A DNA stretch of 64,000 nucleotides from Amphiscolops sp. MND2022 (lineage: Eukaryota): positions 60,946,001 to 61,010,000 of the forward strand of contig OZ076415.1 of the NCBI GenBank assembly GCA_964187785.1. The letters run 5' to 3'. The first letter of the stretch is position 1; each line of letters starts with the position of its first letter. The translations under genes and the position numbers were made by a program. A model generated the notes under the pieces. The model did no database searches. It saw nothing but the letters and a program-made list of their open reading frames with translations, and had not been told where the DNA came from. This document shows positions 10,604 to 21,325 of this stretch, piece after piece.

Positions 10604-13600
10604 CTACTCACTCGTTAGACGACTAGACGATTTCAAAGAATAATGTCCATATGCAAGGGAGGATACCGTGTCATCTAAAATATACCGCCTGTCATCGTAG
10701 CAGCTCAAGCAACCTTGTTGACAGAGTTGACATATATTTGATGACTGGCTGATTTGAGTTGAATCATCTTTCTACGTACTGTTGATTGAGAAAGTAGACA
10801 ATCCTTGAATAAATTCTGATGTAGCGTTTTTTTGACAGATTTCTAAACGCCTTTAGCACTCTGCTTGGTTCCTCGCACGTAATCGATGCTATACAATTTA
10901 GACCTCGAGCAGACAACTTCTTTTAAAACTTTTCCGTTGAGTTCATCTGTCATTGTTAATGGTACCTTTTTGTTGATTTTGTCGTGGAGAAAATGATCAG
11001 CAGGATAATCCGAGAGGTCCAATAGATGTTTGAATGTGGCCATATCTTTATACAAGTCTTCAGTTTTGATTCGATAAAGCAGGGAGTCTGTGTCTTTGTA
11101 CACAACTTTCAACCGGTCTGCTCCATGCCGTGGAAGCATCTCCTCATAGTGAAACTTGTACAAAGAAAGTTTTGACAAATCCAAAAAACTCGCGCCAACG
11201 GGTGTCAGTTTGTTCCATACCACTGAGGAGGGTTTCAAAGAAACAGTAACAAGATTTTTGCTGATGATTTTGAAACTCTTGAAGGTTGCCCGTTGAATGA
11301 ATGCTTCAGCTTGAGTCTCTGTTGAAACGAACTTTAGAGTACTACATCTTCTGAGATTTTCCATTGTTTTGCCAAAACAAGCGTTCGACATTAGCTTGTA
11401 AAAATTTTTCTCGGAGTCATTTGCGGCACTTCTACGCATTACAGTGTTTTTGGCAATGTACGTTCCCAACCATTTTGACTGTTGAAATTTTACCGCCCGA
11501 TGTAGAAACGTGACTTTAAGACCATGTTTGACATAGAACTTTAAGTTTTCATAATGGCAAATGTAGTTTTTTTGTCGAGCAGGGTCTCTACAAACTTTTC
11601 ATTCGCCGAGCTCATATTCAAACCAAACGACTTGGCATAATCCGATTTCCATTCTTTAGGTATTTTCAATTTTTCCGGAGCCAATGGAAGATCATTATGA
11701 GAGTCGTGTATTCCGGGAGGATACACGAGGTCAACCTCGACGAAGTAACCAACGGGAGAGTCATTGGGCGTAGACAGAATTTCATTCAAAGTAATTTCAG
11801 GACACCATTGATACCCTCCGAGCGGCATTTCCATTTGCATTGTTCCTGCGTACAGAGATGTTACATCAAAAAACGCCCCAAAAGTAACGTCTTTTTCAGA
11901 ATTGAAATTATCCAGATACTTGTTGTTAGCTTCAAAATGCCTCAGTGCACCAAGACCATTGATTCCTCCTCGGATTGCCTTCTCAAAAAACAACAGCTGA
12001 TCAATGTCCTGCAATAGTTCCATTTTAACGCCAGTTGTGATTAGCATGGCATCCCAACTCAGGTTCGGAGCCGAATAAAAGTGAGCTGGATCTAGCCTGT
12101 AGACTTGCATGCATACCTACCTGAACTTTTGAAAAATATCGGCCAGGATGAACACATCACTTTTCAGATAGATATCGTGATAGTCGCCTAAATTTTGGCA
12201 ATGAAAAGCATTGTACATCTCCAAAGCACAACCATAATCTTGCTCGGTAATTTCAATACGTTGAGTCAAGGTGTTGAACCAGCCAGGGCCATAAGGTGGA
12301 AGTGGCTTCGCAAATTTTTCGAGGGAGTCAAGAAAATTGTACGGAAAGAATCCTTTTCTTGTTAATTTTTCAAAGATACTTTCGGTGATGTTTCGGAAAA
12401 ATGCTTTCAACAACTTGAAGTCTTGCTTGTCCAAGGTTTTAGCTAAAGAATCCAAGCTCTGAGAAATAAACTGGAAGCTGTCCAGAAACCGTAAAGAATG
12501 ATATTGAATGACATCGTGACCCTTCCTGCTTTTAAATTTTTCCATGGGCATATCCAAAGAGAACGAAATATAAGTTTCATCGTTTTTCGCAATAGCTGAC
12601 AACTTTTCACCAGTCTCGATTACCAAGTATTTAATAATATGATGAGCGTCATAACGCGAAAGGTTGTGAAAAAATACCGGCAGGAAATTTGTTGTTCACG
12701 CACGCAGGTTGCACTTGGAATGAGCTACTCCAAATATTTCACCAGTTAGGTGACAGTGGTGAATTACCCGTTGACTTTCTTCCATCTCCTCACCACATAA
12801 ACAGCATCTCAAGTCATCTTGGTTCAGTAGAGAAGTTCTATCATCTTTGGATTTTCGTAGAATTTTACATTTTTGTTTCTTTTGGAAACACCATGTTGAC
12901 CACGACCGAAGCAACTTCATCATTTGTTGAATGCAGTTTTTTCCTTTGTAGAACTCTTTTTTCACAACACTGTTACCTAAACCAAAAATTTTGGGTCAGA
13001 AAGGTTTTTGTGAAACGAAAATTTTTGATGCCGAAAAACCTAATATTGACAAACTTACTTCTGTCGTCGATGAGAACAGCACCAAAACTACAGGGAAACT
13101 GCTTTTCAATTTCTTTAGTGTTGCTTCCCACAGTGGTAGATAGATTCGAAGGGACATCAATTGCTTCCAAATCGGCGTAAACAATAAAGGGAACTCTCTG
13201 TGTTTTCTGCCAATTGACAAACTCGACAAAAGGAGCACACGTCGGCATACGAATTTCGAGTGGAGAATTCGACTCACAAAATTTGAAATGTTTTCTGAAA
13301 TTTTTCTTGATGATAGGCTGAAAGCAGTTGGAGCAGAATTTTGACTTTGAACCTTTCTTACGTTTGCTCTCCGATCGTTTTAATCGCTGAAGAAGATTGG
13401 GGAAATTGGTGATTAGGCAGTAGTGAGAGTTGGAGCCCTCTACCAAACGCAGAAGGTTAATTCGTCGCTTCGAAGATTTTCGCTTACTATAATACACAGC
13501 AACCAACTTCCTTCCTTCCAGTTGATAGACATTGATTGAAACATCATTTGACCGCTCGAATGTAGGAATACTGGATAAGGGCATTGGCATTCGCGCAGAA

Positions 13601-14539
13601 TTAAATTTCAGTCGCCTCACATTTTCCTTGTGATTACTAGGATGGCTGGGTCGACCAATGAAAGAGAATATTGCAGCTGCCACGCAGTTGTCCTTTTTGT
13701 TCGTGATATTCAGCAAGCTGCGGGAAAGACCTTTAAGAATAGTTGGCGTTGCAATGTATGAAGATCCACAGGCCATTTGGCACGTAGCTGTTTTGACTTC
13801 AACTGAAAGTAAAGAATCTATCACCCAACCAGATCCACAGGATGCGTAAACACTCAAATTGGACATTAATTGGTCTACGTGAACGTGATATTCTTCATCT
13901 GTGATATGATCAGCCAAACGCATGAAATGAGAATTGAAGAAAGCAGTCACGTCATCGTTGGTCAGTGGTTTCACAAGTTTAACAGCAATGCTAACCCCCA
14001 CCTTTAAATTGGACGATTGACTCAGTTTCTCATTCACAAAAAATATTATACTCTTTTGATTCGATATCAAATAATTGAATGGATCGATACATAAGTCTGT
14101 TCGCATAATTTTCAAGCGATGAACTTTGAATCTATCATTAATGGCTGTAGTCGTGAATTCAACAGGGGCTGAGGAAAAGATTCTTTTTTTGATGTTTTGT
14201 TTCATTCAAGCCGTGATCTTTTCTCTCATGAATGTGCAAAGATTTCTCATGCGCAAAATATGTGGAACAAAAGAAACACCTGTGAGCCGATGGAGACTGA
14301 TGTTGATTTCTAAGATGCTTCAATAAATTGTGGCTTCGGTTGAATTGACTGCGACATTCTCCGCATTCGAATGAGGTAGAGTTCTCCACCAAGTTTTGGT
14401 TATGTTTCGTTTTGAGATGGTTATTCAAAAACCGTCGAGAAGTGAAGACTTTTCCGCATGTATCACACCGATGCATGATCTTACATTCGAAAGAATACCT
14501 GAAAGAGAAGGCTTTCTTCATTGGTTTTTGCTTTGACAT
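10604..14539 (-). pseudogene. Protein-primed family B DNA polymerase with N-terminal 3x C2H2 fingers and an EndoVII-like (His-Me finger) insert
   Basis: Exo I YADLEA, Exo II FHNLSRYD, Exo III YLKSDV, motif A DVTSLY, motif B KLMSNACFGK, motif C YKDTDS, C-terminal DDRRY..AYGHY. EndoVII-like CCLC...HHCHLTG..AHSKCNL. Several stops and frameshifts. Confidence 0.95.
12977..13058 (-). other. Candidate 82 nt GT-AG intron in pPolB
   Basis: A|GTAAGT...TTTAG|GT. Removal joins DDRS to NSVVKKEFYKG, fusing ORFs 12973-14205 and 12696-12965 exactly in frame. Confidence 0.7.
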
Positions 14540-14971
14540 TTTTGTGCTTCCATTGATTCAATCTGGTTTACATCAATTTTAGAAAATGTTTCAATCAAAA
14601 GTAATCACTTCAAATTTTGTTGCATTTTTGCAAAACTTTTCAGTCGAAAACGAGTCATTGTAATTCGATTCAGGAAAGCCTCCTCTTTGGAAATTCGATC
14701 CTTTTAAAACCTTATTTTCAGTGAACAGTCAATTTGTTTTTATTTCGAAGAAAAGTTCTGAATTATAAATGGTTCGTTTAAAACTGGTGCTTCAGTTTGA
14801 AGCAATTGCCATTCGAAAGTTTTGATAAAGTTCGGTTCAGAAGATTCAGTTTCAATAAAGCGTGGTTTCATTTGAGTTTCAAATACATCTTATCAATGGA
14901 AATAGACAACCGGTGTCACTTTTGTTAGATTTGGGTTCAATTTCAGAACCATGATAGAATTCAATAATATC

Positions 14972-15151
14972 GATACTTTGTGTGTGCCAAATGTCAACCA
15001 ACTGTCAATGTTAAACTTGTTTAGTCCATTGTGTATTCAGTTGCCATATGACTGTCATTCTCAGCTGATAATTCTAGCTACCAAAGTTTCATGTTAGCAA
15101 AAGTTGCAAAGGATTCAAAATCTACCTAAACCCCCCCCCTTACTCACTACT
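14972..15151 (-). repeat. Polinton right TIR
   Basis: Reverse complement of 1128-1305; ends ...TACTCACTACT. Confidence 0.95.
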
Positions 15152-15590
15152 GACGTCATTGATAGTTTAACTGCGTAATGGACGTAACGTCCACTTAGCT
15201 AGAGCACATGTACGTTTACCGCTCTCTGATTGGCTAATACAAATTTGAACTACGCTTCTACCGGGCCATAGCGCGCTTCACTTCGAACGCGTTTCCTTTT
15301 CAGCCTATTGCAACAAATTCATTCACCTGCTAATCACTGATTGTATATTCAATTTGAACAGTGTTATTCATCATTATCAAAGGACAGCAGAAATAAATAA
15401 AGAAGCAGGTATTGGCTATAAAATAATTATAAACAATGAGGACCAAACCTTTAGTTTAGGTATCTTGCTGTGGCCAAATGGACGTAACACCCGGATTTTT
15501 ATGTTGGTAGTACGCCTGACGGAGGATTTGCATTGTCCCTGTCAACTGGAAATTGGTGAGCAATTCCAACTCACGCGGTAGCCTGCGACA
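15152..15590 (-). repeat. LTR, proximal part (3' LTR of the 15.6-21 kb element)
   Basis: Begins TG (TGTCGCAGG) on the minus strand immediately after a purine tract; aligns with 20572-20979. Confidence 0.8.
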
Positions 15591-15598
15591 CTCCCCTA
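15591..15598 (-). promoter_or_regulatory. Polypurine tract (TAGGGGAG)
   Basis: Purine run directly abutting the TG start of the 3' LTR. Confidence 0.6.
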
Positions 15599-17119
15599 GG
15601 TACAAAGAGAACTGTTCCAGTTTTCATGCCACTGTTCTTTTCTGCCGCTCACTGTGTGTTTTCCCGCGCAAAGCACTGGATTCACGTTCGTCAAAGCTGT
15701 TGTCTCTTCGATTTGTTCATATCTTTTTCCGCATACTATACAGTCTTCGTAACTGGATATAATATATTCAGTTCTGCACACCTGTTGGACAGCCTCACAC
15801 TTATATCATGTATGTGTGAGTTGATGTGGGATAATTGTCAAAAACGTTGGGTCCAGCATTATTGAACCTGCCGTTACTTGGGCTTGTTCATGGATTGTGG
15901 GTGATAGCGGTCAATCTCGTACCGAGGGTAGTCCTGCACACTGACTCATTTGGTAATCACTTGAATAATTTCCATCGCCTGGTGCTGCTCCCATGTTCAA
16001 GAACTCAGAATCAGCTTGCATGAATTGGTTGATAGAATCTTCATCTGGCCACAAAGGCGACATCGCGTCGTTCGTACACTGAGTTGTGTCTGTCATCATG
16101 GAACGACCAGCAACTGTGTACGTTGGAAATATAGGTTGCTCTCTGTAACAAGCTATCACTTGCACGTCACTGTCATCAGAACACTCCTTAGACACTGAAT
16201 CAACATCCGTCGAATCGTCAGACGAAAGGTAACTGGGGTGCGTTTAAGTCATTGAGATCAAAAATCAAACTCATATATGATCTGAACCTTGTTGGGAAGA
16301 GTTTCTTTGCAATTTTGGTTCTATAAATTGACTCGGCTGGATTAATCGTATGATTCTCTCTGGCCATTTGGACCTCCAGTTTTTCCTGATTCTCGAGGGA
16401 GTTCTTAGGAAGGAAACCTTTTATTTTTATCAAAATTCTTCTCGAACTTCCATATTAGTTAGGTTGTTTCTATCATTCTTTTGCTTCGACCTCACCGGTT
16501 TGATGAGCACTTCACAGCCATCCAAGTGTTTGTTCTGCTACCCTTTTAGGTGCTCAACAGTCACTTGAAGTTTGTTAGCTTTCTGTGAAAACGTTCACTA
16601 TCATCCAATTCCCATCAACAATTGTCTTCAAAGGACGTAATGTCCGCTTGGCGACTGCCACAAAAGTTACCAATCATACTGCGATGATGAATGAATAAAG
16701 AATTGAAGCTGAACTTGAGTAAAAATGGCCACTTCAAATGAACAATTATGATGGAGAAAGAAAAAGGTAAATTTTGGAAGGCAAATTGAGAAAACCTGAA
16801 AGTGCGCATTCCGACGGCAGGCTCCGTGGCGTAAGAAAAAACCTTAATTAAGTAAAAACTAGGCAAACTACAAATTAGCGTAATGATGCGTTGATTACTA
16901 TAATAAGTAGGCAGCCACGACTTCCTGTGTCATATATGAGGTATGCGTCCTATAATAATCGGACAGCTTAAGGTCTGGGTAAGTTAGTAGTCTTTCCAGT
17001 CTAGTTGTGTGGTTGGTCGTAACATAATCATTAATTGATAATTTCTGCATTTTATTGCAAGAGACCAACAGTCTCATAAGCCTCAACAGAAACACAACTT
17101 TAATTTTCCTATCTGGCAT
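15596..17119 (-). pseudogene. Accessory ORF of unknown function, fragmented
   Basis: Consecutive minus-strand fragments 16898-17119, 16615-16866, 16218-16433, 15911-16195 and 15596-15781, ending at the PPT. Confidence 0.5.
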
Positions 17120-18009
17120 TACTCACATTTTACGTTTTACGTTACTCACATCCAGTATTTGAGCCGCAATCGTGCAGTACGTTATTCTTCAATTCCTTTT
17201 TCCTGCTTTTGAATCACCCCATCTCTGTCTTCAGAGCAGTGGACCATTCGCGATTCCTGCCAGAGTGCACACTGAGAAGCGAATTTCCAATAGGAAATCA
17301 AAACAAAACCCTTTCTTCTACACAGGCGCAATTGCCATCCACGATGCCTAGTACCAGTGGTACACCTGGCCACAGACCAGACTCTCCCAAGAAAAGCACT
17401 CTTGTTGCATCTAAAGAAAGCTAAAGCGGGGCTTTCGTGTTAGCTCCTCCTCGCAATTGTGAGCCGAATAGTGAGGACGTACAGGACGCTCCACATCCTG
17501 TTACTTTTCTGTAATCTCCAGCCAGTGCAGCTCCTGTTCCCATCTTGGATGTACCTACGGGTCGAACCGCTGCAAAGCCAAAGTCACGATTGATGTTTTT
17601 AATTTGCAATCCGACCATGGAATTACTGTTATCCAAGCTTTGTCAACTGGACTCAGAGACGATCCCAGTGGTTCCAAAGTTTCTTGTCATCCACGGCGTG
17701 CTTCAAATCCATCGTCAAGTGATGCCAAAGATGTTTTTGCCATAGACGTTGAGTCAGTGTTATACCCTCGGTCAACACTCGCGGACGCTCGAACGCCCCA
17801 CTAAGCACAGGACAATGGATATCAGTGACAATTCAAGTGAGATAACAGAGTTCCAACATCTTTCCGAACACCTTGGCCCCAAACCGCTGTCTGGTAAAGG
17901 CCGTGCGATAATAAAAGAGTACTGCCCTAAGGTCCCACTACAATTGCCGTTACCGAGGGTCAGATGTGTCATATCTTAAGGGTGGTAAATAATTAAAGCG
18001 CTCGGGCAC

Positions 18010-18130
18010 CATTCAAAATGCTGAACGCTGTCGTCCATCGAGCTAGTCGTCTGAATGTAGTATTCCCTGAGCCAAATATTAAAACAAAGCGCCGGCCCAG
18101 TACTTCCGTCTTGGGCAGCAACTGGATTCT
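18010..18130 (-). pseudogene. Possible RNase H C-terminal relic
   Basis: GNTTFRRLARW followed after a frameshift by D.VQHFE, resembling the RL.RW..RL..F motif of Gypsy RNase H. Confidence 0.3.
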
Positions 18131-18469
18131 GAAATCGGAGCTACCTCAGTGAAAACTGTTCTCGCAGGTTATAGTGACACCAGCGCAGGAAAAAGAAGCG
18201 ACAGTGACTTTGGCAGCATTGGAAATTCATCAACAGTATGCGAATCGAGCTATATTTTAATATTTTGTTCATCATGCTTGTTGTAAAAGTACAGGTGATG
18301 CTGGTTGTAGAGGTTAATATTCCAATAGGGGTCATAGTCAGGATCGAGGTAGTACGGGTTGTATTTCTCTACGATGGAGAGGAAAGAGGTAGTAAAAGAA
18401 ATTGAGTGCGGTCTGGTGGACTGGTGATCCGAGTGGTTTGTAAAAGTGAGTTGTATTTTTATCTGCTGC

Positions 18470-20159
18470 TACCCGTCAGCAGACGGTGTATCTTCAAGGG
18501 GTAGGTTGTTATTGGGGTGAAATGTATTAGGAGGATCAGCGATGACACTAATGTCTCTTTTCATATGCGAAGTCGTGGCAAAATCAATTTTTTGTGTTTT
18601 TGAGAAAAGAGTTTGTATGTTTATTTTTTGCGTCTGTATCATTCGGGGACCCATCATCAGTAGTCGAGCTGTCCGGGTGAGAATTCTTGGGTTTGAGATG
18701 CGCTCTGGTGCCCTTCCAGCATTGTTCAGCAGGGTGGTTTGTTTTATCGCCAAGTCGGGCAATGCGGGTATTCCCTTTTAGGTTTTGGGCCGTCCTGGTG
18801 TTTAAGTTCTCCTTTCTTTTTGAGTTTTCGGCAATCGTCCTTGACATGGTCTGGTTTCGTCGTATGTGTCGTTTTCTAGTCTCACCAAGTTGACCGATCG
18901 CTTCAGCCTTCGTGGTAAGTTTGCAAAGCAGAGGCTATCAATCATGGTTTGAACATGTTCGCCAAACTCGTTTTCGGCTCCTCGATTGAGTTCTTCTAAA
19001 AATTTCAGGCAGTTTTAACATAATTGGGTCAAAAACCAAGATATGACATTTGCGGTTGGCTGTCGCTCGAGACTCGGGCTTGAACGATGTTTCCGTCTGA
19101 AAACTGCCAAAAAGTCATCTAGGGTTTTTCTATTCGCCGAATTGATGTTTCGAAAAGTTTGTATTGCATTTTTGCGCAACGCTGAATGGAAATGGCATAA
19201 TTTCATTGTTTGTCAGTTCCAGTTGCATATGATCTTTGTGTTAGAGAGATTTTCAAATAGCTCACATTGTTCTAGTTCCACATCAAACGTTAATGTTGTC
19301 GTGCCGGCAGGACGTACCATCAGCGTTTGTGCTGATGATCGGTTGTTCATACCAACCAGCACACCCGCAAGACGGTTGATGGGGTTAGAATGAGTAGTCA
19401 GAGTTGTAGTTTCTGGTACTGGGAGGGTGCTGTCCAGAAGATAATTTGGAGAGGAATCATGGCGTTGCAGGTTTTCTCGCGGTTGCATGACCGTCCTGTG
19501 AGGAACGCAGGAACCGTAAGAGGGTTAGCGATGGCTCTTGTCACCATGTCGTAATCATTTTCACTATTTTGGGAATCCAAAGAATCTTCCCTAAAATGAA
19601 GGATTCGATTACCATTGTTCAAATCCGCTCTGGTGCAATCTCCTCAAGCTCACCAAGAAATTTCTACTTCGGAGCTCTTGTGTAGCCCACTAGATGTTGT
19701 GTCCATTTTGGTCTTAAATCTCGTTCCCTGCTTGCTAAGGCTCTTTTGGAAGGATGGAAGGACTTGTTCTGTAGTTGCTGAGTCTACGGTTGCTCGTATT
19801 TGAGAGTTCAGTCCACCTTAATCTCAATTAGTTTGCAAGTAATTTCAATGACTTTTCACTGACAAATTCACGAGTGATTAATGCTTTCACTATTTATCTT
19901 CCCTGAGGTCTCGACTATAATTTCTTTGTTTTGCCTACTATTAATGTTCAATGAAGATCTGAAATCTTCACTAATCGGATCTCCATTGTCTTGTGGCTCT
20001 CCGGACTCGCAATCCATATTCATTTTGCCTACATATTGTACTTTCTTCTACATTTCTAAAATAACTTCCTAATATTACATCCGTTTTCTCTAGATCTGAC
20101 ATTGTGTCTGATTGTCTAGACTTCTTCTCCCTTGGCTTTTGATTTGTAGTTGAAACCAT
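18470..20159 (-). pseudogene. gag, fragmented
   Basis: ATG at 20159. Degenerate CX2CX4HX4C knuckle (CPT.DKTNHPAEQCW) near 18700-18770. Confidence 0.7.
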
Positions 20160-20361
20160 ATAAAAACGTTGATTCACTGAACAATGAATTGTAAAACTAA
20201 TTTATCCATCAGTACAAATACTAAGAACAAATGTTTTAGAATCAAGAGAACAAGTGGGATCCAGTCGTGTAGTGGATTGAGGGGTTCATGTAATTATCGC
20301 GGCTCAACTAACTACAGTCCCAGTAACATGACTAGTACAACGTTAGTGGTCATGGTACAAT

Positions 20362-20979
20362 AAATAACTACAGCCTAGACTGAGGTAATTATTCTATTTA
20401 TAGCACCGACTATAGTGAGTGGAGTGATGAAATGTCACGTCACGCAGTCAATAGTAAACCTTGCTAATTTACCTTTTACATAAGTTGCATGTTTGTGAAT
20501 GGCGAATGGAGGAGTTCTAGTCCAATCAGTGTTAATAGCATCAAATGTGTAATACACAAGTTCTTATTTGTGACGTCAATGATAGTTTCACAGCGTATTG
20601 GTTGTTACGTCCACTTAGCTAGAGCACTTATATGTTGACCGCTTTCTGATTGGTTACTACAAATTGGGACAACGCGTCTACCGTCTAGCACGGGACCATT
20701 TGATCGCGTTTCCTTTTAGCCTTTTGCTCTAAATTCGTTCAACTGCGAATCATTGAATTTATATCCAATTTGAACAATGTTTTTCATCATTATCAAAGTA
20801 CAGCACAAGTAAATATGCACAGAAAACATATATTTGTTATAAAATATAATTAAGTAAGAAGTACCAATTCTTCAGTTTAGGTATCTTACTGTGGCCAAAT
20901 TGACGTATTTTCCGGATTCTTATATTGGTAGTACGCCTGGCGGAGGAATTGCATTGTCCGCGCCAGCTGAAATTTGGTG
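20362..20979 (-). repeat. 5' LTR with the empty Polinton site
   Basis: Contiguous match to 920-1127 plus 15158-15558. Contains TGACGTCA (20571-20578) and CCAAT/ATTGG boxes. About 30 nt at its start are replaced by another repeat. Confidence 0.8.
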
Positions 20980-21325
20980 GACGAACAACGAAGACAGAGA
21001 AAGAAAGTGTTATCAGCACAAAAAGATGAAATTTATGAAATCTAATTTTGTGCTTGCATTATTCGATATTTTCAAATACTTGGTTTCCATAGTAAAAGGT
21101 TCCAACTTATTTCTTCCCAGTGGATGCCAATTGGCTCACCAAATTTGGTGTGACAAACGGGGTGGACGAACAACGTAGACAGAAAAAGCAAGTGTTATCA
21201 GCACTAACAGATGAAAATTGTGAAAGCTAATATTTTGCTTGCATTATTCGATATTTTCAAATACTTGGTTTCTATAACAAGAGATTGCAACTTATTTCTT
21301 CCCAGTAGATGCCAATTGGCTCACC
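20976..21325. repeat. Tandem duplication, ~185 bp period, 2 copies
   Basis: GGTGGACGAACAACG...GATGCCAATTGGCTCACC at 20976 and again at 21161. Confidence 0.85.

Larger units (their letters stand above)
1128..15151. mobile_element. Polinton/Maverick (adintovirus-like) element, full length, decayed
   Basis: AGTAGT...ACTACT termini, ~180 bp TIRs, 6 bp TSD, and ATPase, integrase, two capsid proteins, protease and pPolB. Several genes carry stops or frameshifts. Confidence 0.96.
15591..20361 (-). mobile_element. Internal region of a decayed, probably non-autonomous LTR retrotransposon (Ty3/Gypsy-like)
   Basis: Order on the minus strand: LTR, PBS candidate, gag with CCHC, RNase H-like relic, accessory ORF, PPT, LTR. 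No RT YxDD motif seen. Confidence 0.75.

Noticed and set aside
12696-12800. EndoVII-like domain and N-terminal C2H2 fingers in pPolB as a novelty
   Set aside because: Both are known features of many Polinton pPolBs; kept as annotation only.
87-20979. Split direct repeats (A...B...A'B') suggesting a DIRS/Ngaro tyrosine-recombinase element
   Set aside because: A and B are contiguous once the Polinton is removed, forming an ordinary LTR with PPT; no tyrosine recombinase motif was seen.
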